NCBI GenBank assembly: GCA_005777235.1 | Contig: SXND01000007.1 | Coordinates: 5,694 to 69,693 of the forward strand | DNA: 64,000 nucleotides | Reading direction: 5' to 3' | Origin: Pseudomonadota bacterium | Lineage (GTDB): Bacteria > Tectomicrobia > Entotheonellia > Entotheonellales > Entotheonellaceae | The notes under the pieces: generated by a model | What the model was told of the DNA's origin: nothing | Databases searched by the model: none | The model's input: the letters and a program-made list of their open reading frames with translations, nothing else | Made by a program: the position numbers and the translations under genes | Part shown: positions 19,135 through 28,924 of the stretch, piece after piece | How the letters are laid out: every line of letters begins with the position of its first letter | How positions within the stretch are numbered: the first letter of the stretch is position 1

Positions 19135-20210
19135 CGGTCGTGCATCCTTCGCAAGGCCAGCCCGACGCTGACGGCGGCCATAGGTGCCATATCGTGGAGA
19201 TATTCCGGATCAAAAAACTTCTCGCTGTAGTAGAGACCTCGGAACGGATCGGCGACGCTGACAGGTAAACCTAAACGGTTACTCAAAAAACGGTCTAAAC
19301 CGCGAATTTTGGCGCATCCCCCACTGATCACCATCCGATCAATGACCTCGTCGGCCGCGGTCGTGCGAAAAAATTCAAAGGAGCGTTGAATTTCCTCGCC
19401 AATTTCTTCGCTGACACCCGCCATCAGGCTGAGGACCTCATCTTGCGTGCGCTTCTCACTCAGCCCACACCCCATCTTCAGCGCTTCGGCTTCCTGATAG
19501 TCGACATTCAGTGCTTTCTGAATCGCCGTCGTATAGCGATGGCCCCCAATAGCAATGTCGCGCTGAAACAGGGTGGAACCGGCTTTCAGGATGTTGATGT
19601 TCATCGTGGTGGCCCCAATGTCTACCAACGCCACGACGCCGAGATCATCACTCGCCGTCGTGACTTCGTGCTCATTTTCGAGGGCAAACACATCGATATC
19701 CACTATGACCGGATTGAGGCCTGCCGCCGTCAGGATATTCGAGTAATCGCGCACTTTGGTCTTCCGAGCCGCCACCAACAGCACGTCCATCTGGTTGTCC
19801 GCACGTTCGCCCTCATCAAGGAAAGTCGGTAAAATTTGGAAATCAATGTGGACATCAGAAATTTCAAAGGGGATATGCTGCTCCGCTTCGCCGGGAATGG
19901 CCTCGGTGAGTTCTTGTTCGGTCATCCGGGGGACACGAATGCGTTTGACAATGACCGATTGCCCTGAAATCGCCGTCGCGACATCTTTCGATTTAATTTT
20001 TTCCATGCGTATGAGGTTTCGAATCGCCTCAACGATGGCTTCTGCCTCGGCGATGTTGCCATCCACCACGGCCTCATGGCGCAGAGGCATGATCCCAAAG
20101 TTGAGGAGTTGATACCCTTTCCCTTTGGGTTTGAGATATGCCAACTTGATCGAATGTGTGCCAATATCGACACCTACCAAGAGCTTCTTGCGCATTGCAA
20201 ACATAGGCAT
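19131..20210 (-). CDS. pilM: type IV pilus assembly ATPase-like protein PilM
   Basis: 359-aa actin-like fold containing VGVDIGTHSIKLA and ISGGCAKIRGL. It overlaps the pilN start. Confidence 0.9.
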   Translation of the reverse strand: MPMFAMRKKLLVGVDIGTHSIKLAYLKPKGKGYQLLNFGIMPLRHEAVVDGNIAEAEAIVEAIRNLIRMEKIKSKDVATAISGQSVIVKRIRVPRMTEQELTEAIPGEAEQHIPFEISDVHIDFQILPTFLDEGERADNQMDVLLVAARKTKVRDYSNILTAAGLNPVIVDIDVFALENEHEVTTASDDLGVVALVDIGATTMNINILKAGSTLFQRDIAIGGHRYTTAIQKALNVDYQEAEALKMGCGLSEKRTQDEVLSLMAGVSEEIGEEIQRSFEFFRTTAADEVIDRMVISGGCAKIRGLDRFLSNRLGLPVSVADPFRGLYYSEKFFDPEYLHDMAPMAAVSVGLALRRMHDR

Positions 20211-20480
20211 ATTTCCTTACTGAGACCGCGTATATATTGCAAGGATATTACTAAATCTTCAAGCATTTTCTTAAAAATTATCTTGACACGCGTTCAGAGC
20301 AGCCCCCGTTGCACGCCGATGGAACCAGCCAAGCTGCGTAAAAGTATCATAGCATATCCTGCATGCCGAAGTGGCGACGATGATCCGTCTCCAAGGCGTG
20401 AGGACGACTTTGCAAGCCTCACGTTGCCTGTTACACTCTGTGGCACTTTCCTGCGATGAGCACAAAAGAGGCCAACATAT

Positions 20481-21185
20481 ATGCAGATTATAGCCTTTGG
20501 AGACATTCACGAGTACGTCCATCCTTTGCCCGCGCTCGCTGTCCCACTCCGCCAGGCAGATCTCGTCATTGTGACGGGGGATATGACGCGCTGGCGTGGG
20601 GCGGAGACGGCGCAGAAGGTGCTGCAGGCGATCTGGCACTATAATCCGTACGTGCTGGCACAAGTCGGCAATACCGATACCTGGGAGGTGCATGGCTACC
20701 TCGAACACTGTGGGATCAATTTGCATGGCCAGGGGCATCGCTTCGGGGAGGTCGGGATCTTTGGTGTAGGTGGTTCGACCTACACCCCCTTTGCTTCGCC
20801 TACCGAATTCAGTGAGGAAGAAATCGCCGCGACCTTGCTCGCCGGGTATGCCATGGTGCACGACCTGCGCTACACCATCCTCGTGGCGCATTGCCCACCC
20901 TATCACACCGCCGTTGATCGCTTGTCTTCAGGAGTCCATGTCGGAAGCCACAGTGTGCGGCGCTTTATCGAAACCTATCAGCCCGATTTGTGTATTTCCG
21001 GCCATATCCACGAAGCGCCGGGAGAAGACATTCTTGGGCGGACTCTGCTAATCAATCCTGGCATGTTGGCCCACGGAGGTTATGTCTCGGTCACCTGTAC
21101 GCCAGAAGCCCTCACGGCGCAGCGTGTGCCAGGACACCAGAATCGCCACTACAGTACCAGTCCCTTCATTCCTTCGTCCTTTTAA
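20481..21185 (+). CDS. metallophosphoesterase family protein
   Basis: Contains the motifs GDIH, GD(M)T, GNTD and GHIH in canonical calcineurin-like order. Confidence 0.8.
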   Translation: MQIIAFGDIHEYVHPLPALAVPLRQADLVIVTGDMTRWRGAETAQKVLQAIWHYNPYVLAQVGNTDTWEVHGYLEHCGINLHGQGHRFGEVGIFGVGGSTYTPFASPTEFSEEEIAATLLAGYAMVHDLRYTILVAHCPPYHTAVDRLSSGVHVGSHSVRRFIETYQPDLCISGHIHEAPGEDILGRTLLINPGMLAHGGYVSVTCTPEALTAQRVPGHQNRHYSTSPFIPSSF

Positions 21186-21220
21186 CAACGGCTGCGTCAG
21201 CGCGGCGTCTGGAGAAGTGG

Positions 21221-22402
21221 ATGACTCAGGCCATAGATGTCCGCCTCCTGCTACCGAAGATCGCGTGGAACATGCAAGCGCCGTGGCATTTGCGGCAGCC
21301 ACCGCCTGGGCCCACCCTCTCCGTGCCCGAGACCGTGCGTGGCCTGCAACGGGCGCTCCTCGCGGAGCACGGAGCGCTGTTACAGCAGACCCTGCAGCAC
21401 GCCTGTGGCCACCCTGTACCCCTGATGGCCCTGGCACACTTGGACATTGTCCTGTATCAGGAGGGTCGTGACCAACGCGTCTGGCGTGCCCAGGCGCGCC
21501 TTATGGATGGGACGGCGTGCAGTTTTGGGATCATTGTGGCGCGGGCACCTGGGGCCAGTCATGTCGTCACCCAGCGTGATGGGGCCCACTTACACACGCT
21601 GCATCAGCAACACCCTGGGGGGTGTGTGACGCCGTATGTGACGGGGACAGCCCCGGTGGCTGGGGGCCTGGCTTTCTATACCGTCGAGTGGCTAGACGAC
21701 TATAAAGAGTTAGTGTTTGAAATCACCCTGGATGGCGGGGTGTTTCTGGTCAATGCCCACGGAGCCCAGCGTTGTTTCAGCCCCCAGGAGTCGCGGCAGA
21801 TCTGGCGCCGTATGGTCGAAATTTTCTGGTGGTACCCGCAGCTCCGTGGTGTCAATATCCAGGCCGGTGATTTTGTCGTACAGGTGCAGGACGACGGCCA
21901 GATGGCCGTGAAACTGACGACGGCCCGGGAGCTCGTCTCCGCGGACTGGGCGCCCGCGCACCTGCACGCGCTCCTCGGCTCGTTGATTACCGCCAGTGGC
22001 TATCTCAGCGACGGCCAGCGTCCCTTCGCACGCCAGATGGCCCACGCGGCCTTTATGGCGCGGATGCTGGCAGTCTTACAGCGGCGCTTCGGTGCACGAG
22101 CTCCCATGATGGCTGAGAAGCACTGGGCGTTCTTGCAAGCCGGCATGTTGGCGCAACAGGAAGATTGGCTGAAAGCAGATTGTATGCTGGGCACGTATGC
22201 GCGCTTCCGGGTGGAGGCACCCGCCACGCGTGCCTGGGAGGAGACCTGTACGCGCTGGCTGGCCTACGCTACAGCCGTGCAGGCGGGACAACTGCCCGCT
22301 TCCTGGTGGTTTCCCGCCACGGAGATTGCGCCATTACTCGACCAGCTCTGTCCCGACGTGTTATCCACACTTACTGTAAAGGTCAAGCACGATGCCGTAT
22401 GA
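21221..22402 (+). CDS. hypothetical protein (393 aa)
   Basis: Long ORF with ordinary amino-acid composition. The start is taken at ATG 21221, after the upstream stop; the track ORF begins at 20990 inside the previous gene. It overlaps the next gene by 11 nt. I recognise no family. Confidence 0.5.
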   Translation: MTQAIDVRLLLPKIAWNMQAPWHLRQPPPGPTLSVPETVRGLQRALLAEHGALLQQTLQHACGHPVPLMALAHLDIVLYQEGRDQRVWRAQARLMDGTACSFGIIVARAPGASHVVTQRDGAHLHTLHQQHPGGCVTPYVTGTAPVAGGLAFYTVEWLDDYKELVFEITLDGGVFLVNAHGAQRCFSPQESRQIWRRMVEIFWWYPQLRGVNIQAGDFVVQVQDDGQMAVKLTTARELVSADWAPAHLHALLGSLITASGYLSDGQRPFARQMAHAAFMARMLAVLQRRFGARAPMMAEKHWAFLQAGMLAQQEDWLKADCMLGTYARFRVEAPATRAWEETCTRWLAYATAVQAGQLPASWWFPATEIAPLLDQLCPDVLSTLTVKVKHDAV

Positions 22403-23180
22403 CGCGATCCGCTACGCTGTCCACCAGGGCATTGCCACGATTACTCTGAACCGCCCTGAAGCCTACAATGCCCTGGATATGACGATGGCCACGGAACTGC
22501 ATGATGCGGTGGTCACGTGCAGCGCAGATGACACGGTGCGCGCCGTCGTGCTCACTGGCAGCGGACGGGCCTTCTGTGCTGGGGGCGATGTCAAAGGTTT
22601 TCGCGCGCACCTCGACACGATTGGTCCGCACCTCACGTTGCTCACTGCGGCGTTTCATGCGGCGGTGTCACGGTTGGTGCGCATGCCCAAGCCCACGATC
22701 ACGGCCGTGAATGGCATTGCCGCCGGAGGTGGGATGAGTCTCTCCCTGGTGGGCGATCTGATTGTCGCCACGGAGTCGGCGCGTTTTACCATGGCCTATA
22801 CGCAGATTGGCGCCTCGCCTGATGGCAGCGCGAGTTTCTTTCTGCCACGTCTGGTGGGCGTGAAACGGGCGCTGGAACTCACCTTGCTCAATCGTACGCT
22901 GAGTGCCCGCGAGGCCATGGAGTGGGGTATCGTCAATCAGGTGTGGCCCGATGCGCAATTTCACGACGGCGTGCAGGCCCTGGCCACGCAACTGGCGCAG
23001 GGGCCAACGCAGGCCTATGGACGGGCGAAAGCGCTGTTCTACAACAGTGGGAGCGCGACGCTGGAAACCCAGATGGAACACGAAGCGCAACTCATCGCCG
23101 CGAGTGGCTTGACGGCGGATTTCCGCGAGGGCGTTACCGCATTTACTGCCAAGCGTCCGGCAGTGTTTCAGGGACGTTAA
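22392..23180 (+). CDS. enoyl-CoA hydratase/isomerase (crotonase) family protein
   Basis: Contains GSGRAFCAGGDVK and the crotonase oxyanion-hole region AVNGIAAGGG. Confidence 0.85.
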   Translation: MPYDAIRYAVHQGIATITLNRPEAYNALDMTMATELHDAVVTCSADDTVRAVVLTGSGRAFCAGGDVKGFRAHLDTIGPHLTLLTAAFHAAVSRLVRMPKPTITAVNGIAAGGGMSLSLVGDLIVATESARFTMAYTQIGASPDGSASFFLPRLVGVKRALELTLLNRTLSAREAMEWGIVNQVWPDAQFHDGVQALATQLAQGPTQAYGRAKALFYNSGSATLETQMEHEAQLIAASGLTADFREGVTAFTAKRPAVFQGR

Positions 23181-23186
23181 GCGCCT

Positions 23187-23921
23187 ATGGCGACGGAACC
23201 TCGTGTACTCACTTTTGAGATGTTCGACGCGCTCGAATCCGTACGACGTAGCGTGTTGCGCCTGTTGATCGCCTTTGCGGTCGCCAGTGCTGTCGCCTAC
23301 CCGCTGGCGCCCCACCTTATGCACTTCCTGGTCCGTCCTTTAGGGTCAGGGGTGTCGCTGGTCATGTACGATCCCCTGGAAGGGTTTCGCGGCTATGTCA
23401 CCGTGTCGATGACCGCGAGCCTTGTCCTGCTCGCGCCCCTGGTGCTCTATGAGGTGCACCGCCTGCTGCGCTACGCCTGTGGGCTCACGCCGCGCCTGGC
23501 CCTGTGGAGCACCACGGCGACTGGAGGCTTGTTCCTGCTCGGCGCCGTGTTTTGTCATCGATTCATCCTGCCAGTGACGCTGAGTTTCTTGATGGGTTTT
23601 GGTGGAGAAGGCATTGCCACCGGCCTTTCGGTGAACCGCTATCTCTCCATGACCCTCGGCCTCTCTGCCGCCTGTGGGCTCACGTTTGAGTTGCCTCTCG
23701 TGGCGCTCCTCCTGCACGCCATGGGGCTCCTCTCGGCCACATTTTTGGCGACGCACCGACGCTATGCGATCCTGCTTGGCGCCATTTTTACAGCCATTAT
23801 CACCCCCACGCCGGATGCCTTTACCATGGGGGCACTGCTGTTACCGCTTCTGGCGCTCTATGAGATCAGTATTCTGCTCATGCGTTTAGCTGATCGTCGT
23901 CGAGCCACCCACGTTTCTTAG
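23187..23921 (+). CDS. tatC: twin-arginine translocase subunit TatC
   Basis: 244-aa ORF with 6 predicted TM helices and a TatC-like N-terminus (FDALESVRRSVLRLLIAF). It ends with the conserved P-rich motif ITPTPD. Confidence 0.8.
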   Translation: MATEPRVLTFEMFDALESVRRSVLRLLIAFAVASAVAYPLAPHLMHFLVRPLGSGVSLVMYDPLEGFRGYVTVSMTASLVLLAPLVLYEVHRLLRYACGLTPRLALWSTTATGGLFLLGAVFCHRFILPVTLSFLMGFGGEGIATGLSVNRYLSMTLGLSAACGLTFELPLVALLLHAMGLLSATFLATHRRYAILLGAIFTAIITPTPDAFTMGALLLPLLALYEISILLMRLADRRRATHVS

Positions 23922-24707
23922 ATGAAAGGCGCCTGTATGAGCACTACGGTACAGCAACATTGGAATCCTGCGCAGTATGACGCACATGCACGCTTCGTCT
24001 CGGATCTGGCGCTACCTGTGGTCGAGCTGCTCGCACCGCGCCCGGAGGAGCGCCTCTTGGACTTAGGCTGTGGGGATGGCGTGTTGACGCAGAAACTGAT
24101 GGAGCTGGGGTGCCAGGTCATCGGCGTCGATGCCAGTCCAGCCATGATTGCCGCCGCGTGCGCCCTGGGGGTGGATGCCCGGGTCATGGATGGCCAGGCC
24201 CTGCCGTTTGAGGCGGCCTTTGATGCGGTGTTTTCGAATGCCGCACTGCATTGGATGCCGCAACTAGAGGTGGTGATCGCCGGTGTATGGCGCGCCCTCG
24301 TGCCTGGGGGCCGCTTTGTCGGTGAGTGCGGCGGCGTGGGCAACGCTGCGACGGTGGTGCAGGCCCTCACCCAGGCCCTGGATCGGCGTGGCATTGATGC
24401 CCAGCTGGTCATGCCGTGGCGCTTTCTGACGGTCGAGGCGTTTCGCACGCTCCTGGAGACGCAGGGTTTTCTGGTGCACACGCTGGACTTGCTCCCACGC
24501 CCGACGCGGCTCCTGGGCAGTCTCGAGGGCTGGTTGGAGACGTTTGCCCAGAGCTTTTTGGCGTCGGTACCTGACGCCGAGCGTCCGGCCATGCTGGCGG
24601 AAGTGGCGTCCATGTGCCGTCCGACGCTCTGTGATGCGCAGGGCCAGTGGACGGTCGATTATGTGCGCTTGCGCTTTGCGGCCACGCGGCCCATGCCGTG
24701 TGCCTAG
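23922..24707 (+). CDS. class I SAM-dependent methyltransferase
   Basis: Contains the SAM-binding motif I, LLDLGCGDGVLT. An alternative start is ATG 23937. Confidence 0.8.
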   Translation: MKGACMSTTVQQHWNPAQYDAHARFVSDLALPVVELLAPRPEERLLDLGCGDGVLTQKLMELGCQVIGVDASPAMIAAACALGVDARVMDGQALPFEAAFDAVFSNAALHWMPQLEVVIAGVWRALVPGGRFVGECGGVGNAATVVQALTQALDRRGIDAQLVMPWRFLTVEAFRTLLETQGFLVHTLDLLPRPTRLLGSLEGWLETFAQSFLASVPDAERPAMLAEVASMCRPTLCDAQGQWTVDYVRLRFAATRPMPCA

Positions 24708-24741
24708 GGCCACGGCGCCACACGCTCACGGCTGTACGGGT

Positions 24742-25302
24742 CTATGGTGTGTGCGAGGATTGGTGATTGCTGAGTGCCTCCAACTCGTGACGCAACGCCT
24801 CGGCTAGCTGTGTCAGGCTGTTCCGGGTGTGCGGGCGGGCGTAACGTGTCTTGTTCTGACGGATAAAGGTAATAGCTTCGTCCCGACTGCGGTTATAGAG
24901 TCGGAAGACTTCCTCGCGAAAGGCCGTAAAATCCGGCACCCGCGCCTCAGTGCGCGGGTCAAAGGGCGTCACAAAGCCAGCCTCAAAATTGATCTCTGAG
25001 TACATGGCATAGGTGTAGCGTTCGAGATTATATTCATCATGCCGCAGATAATCACGGCCCCCAAGGTAGGTGGCAACGCAACGATGATGCCCATCGCGAA
25101 TCATCTGACGGCCATCGGGAAAACACGCAATGGCAATCGGACGTGGCGCAGGCGCGTTGTGGAGGGCCGCATGCGCCTGGAGGACATCGCGCGTCCAGAA
25201 CACGCCCGCGCGGACACGCCAGGACATCTCCACGACTTGCCGTTTATAGCGGATCTCGTCGTGCATAACCCCAAGAATGTCCAGGGATAAGCGTTTGTTC
25301 AT
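24742..25302 (-). CDS. ParB/sulfiredoxin-like nuclease-domain protein (tentative)
   Basis: Contains the ParB-N signature IRDGHHR (MIRDGHHRCVATYLGG). The start is taken at ATG 25302; the track ORF extends to 25374. Confidence 0.5.
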   Translation of the reverse strand: MNKRLSLDILGVMHDEIRYKRQVVEMSWRVRAGVFWTRDVLQAHAALHNAPAPRPIAIACFPDGRQMIRDGHHRCVATYLGGRDYLRHDEYNLERYTYAMYSEINFEAGFVTPFDPRTEARVPDFTAFREEVFRLYNRSRDEAITFIRQNKTRYARPHTRNSLTQLAEALRHELEALSNHQSSHTP

Positions 25303-25677
25303 AGCGTCCTGTTCTGCCCGTGCTCTCCAGCAGAGCGCACGACATGCTCCCTCGACGTGGCTATGCCCGTCCACGGCGAGCCGGTCGTCCTCTGGTACGG
25401 CGGCTGGTGTCCTCTACGCCAACACCATAGGGTGATGGTCCTCCCCCACCGCCTGCCTGCGGTGTGGCACTACCGTGGCGGAGGCGGGGTCAAGCGTTGC
25501 ACACCCCTATCGTAGCATAGAGTTGCGCGCAGGCCTAGAAGGCGACCCAGGTGGAGCGATTCTCCACCGCCGTGCACACGACCCATGCTACACTGGGTGC
25601 CTACGGTATCCATATGTTCCCGGGATGGACAATCGGCTTGGAGTTCCTCTGAGTCCCGCGCTTGTGAGGAGAGACCT

Positions 25678-26466
25678 ATGGCACGGCTGACAGGGAAAAT
25701 CGCTGTCATTACTGGTGGCGCTGGTGGTATTGGGGCTGCCACGGCACAACTCTTGACGGACGAGGGGGCGCGGGTCTTGCTCGTGGACCGCCATGAGGCA
25801 CCTCTGCAACGCGTCGTGGAGACGCTCGGCCCGGCCGTGGCAAGCTATGTGGTGGCGGATGTGACGCAGCCTGCCGCCGTCGAGCACTACGTGCAGACCG
25901 CGGTAGAGCGCTACCAGGGTATCGACATTTATCTGGCAAACGCCGGCATCGAAGGCGTCGTGCAACCAATCCCTGACTATCCTATTGAGGTCTTCGATGA
26001 GGTCATGGCCGTCAATGTCCGCGGGGTCTGGCTTGGACTCAAGTACGTCATCCCCATCATGCGGGCCCGGGGTGGAGGCAGCATTGTGATCACGTCCTCC
26101 ACCGCCGGGATTCGTGGCTCGGTGGGTCTCTCCCCCTACACCACCAGTAAACATGCCGTCATCGGGCTGATGCGGACCGCGGCGTTGGAGTGCGCCCGCT
26201 GGAACATCCGGGTCAATACGGTCAACCCAGCGCCGATTGAGACCCGCATGATGCGCTCCCTGGAAGAGATGCGCACGTCGGTGAGTGGTGGCAGCGCCAC
26301 GGTCGAACGTACCAAGGAAACGATTGCGGCCCGCCTGCCGCTCAAACGCTACGGCACCCCGGAAGAAGTCGGACGCCTGATGCTCTTTCTGGCCAGCGAT
26401 GAGAGCAGTTTTTGCACCGGTGGCGTGTATATGGTGGACGGCGGGACGTCCGCTGGCGGGTATTGA
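25678..26466 (+). CDS. short-chain dehydrogenase/reductase (SDR)
   Basis: Contains the cofactor motif TGGAGGIGAA and the catalytic YTTSKHAV (YxxxK). The start is taken at ATG 25678. Confidence 0.85.
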   Translation: MARLTGKIAVITGGAGGIGAATAQLLTDEGARVLLVDRHEAPLQRVVETLGPAVASYVVADVTQPAAVEHYVQTAVERYQGIDIYLANAGIEGVVQPIPDYPIEVFDEVMAVNVRGVWLGLKYVIPIMRARGGGSIVITSSTAGIRGSVGLSPYTTSKHAVIGLMRTAALECARWNIRVNTVNPAPIETRMMRSLEEMRTSVSGGSATVERTKETIAARLPLKRYGTPEEVGRLMLFLASDESSFCTGGVYMVDGGTSAGGY

Positions 26467-26512
26467 ACGTGGCCGCCAGCACCTTGCCCTGCACTAGCGA
26501 CTCTTTACTCTG

Positions 26513-27502
26513 ATGGTGAGGACATCCATGGCACACAGCGTTTCCCTGGCTGAGGTCGAAGCGGCCCGGCAGTATATCTATCCGCATATGCGACCCACCC
26601 CGCTCATCCAGTACCCCCTCCTGTCGCAGGAGATGGGTTTTCACGCCTACGTGAAGCACGAAAACCATACCCCGATTGGCGCGTTTAAGATTCGCGGCGG
26701 CCTCAATCTGATGGCGCATCTTGCCCAGCAGCATGTCCCGGGGGTGATTACCGTGACCCGCGGCAACCACGGCCAGTCGATTGCGCTGGCGGCCCGTTTG
26801 TACGACCTGCCAGCCACCGTGGTCGTGCCGGTGGGCAATAACCCGGAAAAAAATGCCCTGATGCGGGCGCAGGGGGCCGATTTGCTCGAACAGGGGCACG
26901 ATTTCGATGCGGCGCGTGCGGTGGCCGAAACCCTGCAGCACGAACGTGGCCTGTATTACGTGCATCCGGCCAATGAGCCCTTGCTAGTGAATGGTGTGGG
27001 CACGTACTGGCTCGAAGTGTTCGAGGATTTGCCTGATCTCGATGTCGCCCTGGTGCCGGTAGGCGGTGGCAGTGGAGTCAGCGCCGCCATCACCGTGCTC
27101 AAAGCGGTACGACCGGCGGTGCGGATTATCGGCGTGCAGGCAGCACAGGCGCCAGCCGTATTTAACTCGTGGTCAAGCGGCACGCTCTGTGAGACCGCCA
27201 GTGCCGAGACCTTTGCGGATGGTTTGGCCACGAGGGTAGCGTTTGCGATGCCCTTGCGCATCATGCGGGATGGGCTGGATGCCATGGTGCTGGTCAGTGA
27301 GGAGGAGATACGGCAGGCCATTCTCCGCCTGTTCCGTACGACCCACAACTTGGCCGAAGGGGCGGGCGCGGCGGCGTTAGCGGGCGCCTGGCAGCTCCGT
27401 GAGTCGCTGGCTGGCCAGAAAGTGGTCATCGTCCTCAGCGGTGGCAACATCGACCTGGACACCTTCCGCTGGGTGCTACGGCAGGACGGTACGGCGCTCT
27501 GA
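26513..27502 (+). CDS. PLP-dependent threonine/serine dehydratase family protein
   Basis: Contains the PLP-lysine motif HTPIGAFKIRGG and the glycine loop VPVGGGSG. Confidence 0.8.
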   Translation: MVRTSMAHSVSLAEVEAARQYIYPHMRPTPLIQYPLLSQEMGFHAYVKHENHTPIGAFKIRGGLNLMAHLAQQHVPGVITVTRGNHGQSIALAARLYDLPATVVVPVGNNPEKNALMRAQGADLLEQGHDFDAARAVAETLQHERGLYYVHPANEPLLVNGVGTYWLEVFEDLPDLDVALVPVGGGSGVSAAITVLKAVRPAVRIIGVQAAQAPAVFNSWSSGTLCETASAETFADGLATRVAFAMPLRIMRDGLDAMVLVSEEEIRQAILRLFRTTHNLAEGAGAAALAGAWQLRESLAGQKVVIVLSGGNIDLDTFRWVLRQDGTAL

Positions 27503-27613
27503 GCAGCCCAACGCCCGCGGTGGCAACCGTAGGGACGACCGGCTGGTGGTCCCTACGGCGCGGACGGACATTGAGGATGGGCTGGCCTGTGGAGAGCCTC
27601 CTGGGAGAGGCAC

Positions 27614-28720
27614 TTAACGTTTCTGCACGACCTTTTTGTAGACGGCCTCGACATTCACGCCCACCCGGTCGCGATACTGGCCGGAAGGATACCTCGACAT
27701 GCCCTGCTCGTACTTCCCGGCCAGCTGATCGCCAACGGTTTTTTGCATCTCGGGCAGGGCCGCCCCAGCCGCCGCGGCTTGCTTCACTGCCGCAATCAGA
27801 TCGGCTAAATAGCTGCGGAAAAACGCTAACTGCTCGCGGGGAGCCACGCTCCCGTGCCCCGGGATAATATGCGCAAAGTCAAATTTTTCGAGCGCCGTTA
27901 ACGTCTGCACCCAGTCCTCGGGATAGCCGTCATTCAAAAAGGGCATCCAATCGACTAGGGCATCGCCGGTGGCGACGACTTTTTCCTTGGGGAGATAGAT
28001 ATACACGTCGCCATCCGTATGCCCACGCCCCAGCAGGAGAATCTGGATCTCGCGCCCGCCTTCGTTGAGGGTCATCGAACTGGTCAGCGTCCGCGTCGGC
28101 AGCGCCGGCTTGAACGTTTGGAGTTCTGCAAGATACGACTCTGCTTGCTGCAGATTGGCTTCGAGACGTGCCTTGTGCTCTGGGCTGCTCGCCTTGAGGA
28201 TGTCGCTCTTCAGCGTGTCGATTTCCTTGGGCACAGCCGTGAGCTGCTTCTCAATATACGACAGACCACCCACCCCAGCGTCCGGCCTGGTTAAATTCTC
28301 CTTGGTGCGCTCGGAGGTAATGATTTCCAGGCCGGGGGAGTGCATGGCATAGGTTTGATTCCCCTGCCAGTGATCCCAATGAAAATGCGTATTGATGATT
28401 GTGCGGATCGGCTGCTTGGTCAGGCTCTGAATCTCGTTGTACAGCGTATGGGCGGCAGAGGGTTTGGAGTACGAATCGACCACTACCACGCCGTCATTAG
28501 TCAGAATCACGGCGGCGTTCGAATTGACTTTGTAGCGTGGCGCGGCGATAGCGGCCTAGACGCCATCGGCGACTTGCTTCAGCACAAACAATTCTTTGGA
28601 GGCGGTTTGGGCGTCGGCGGGGACCACACAGCACGGGCTGAGAGATCCAAACGTCGGAATCGTCGCGGCAGCAACACCAACGCGGCTCAAAAACTGTCGG
28701 CGGGTCCAGTGCAGACTCAT
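27614..28720 (-). pseudogene. Tat-exported MBL-fold metallo-hydrolase interrupted by an in-frame TAG
   Basis: The ATG at 28720 is preceded by AGGAGG. The Tat signal is MSLHWTRRQFLSRVGVAAATIP. The sequence ...KQVADGV is followed by TAG (28558..28556) and then continues in the same frame as AAIAAPRYKVNSNAAVILTNDGVVVVDS...THFHWDH (the HxHxDH motif). Confidence 0.7.
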
Positions 28721-28924
28721 AGGATACCTCCTGGTGAGCATGGCGATGCTTGCGAAGCCTGTGTCCCAAAGACGATTGTGCCATAGGCTGTAGGGCCTGT
28801 CACGCGCAGCGTGCAGTGTACGCTTGAAAAGGACAGGCGAAATGCCTATCCTTGCGCGCAGGATGTTCGGCAGCAGCAGGCGCTGGCTCCCGTAGCGGGT
28901 CAGCACGCGACACAGGAGGGCCGT

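Noticed and set aside
20211-20480. AT-rich stretch upstream of pilM as a second compositional islet.
   Set aside because: It is short (~90 nt) and lies exactly in the divergent promoter region of pilM and the metallophosphoesterase gene. It has no ORF or repeat structure and is consistent with ordinary promoter DNA.
28556-28558. Possibility that the in-frame TAG reflects stop-codon reassignment or programmed recoding (for example pyrrolysine-like).
   Set aside because: TAG ends several neighbouring well-defined genes (24742, 35416, 39706). No pyl genes or recoding signals are visible. A point mutation or base error at a Tyr codon is the simpler explanation.
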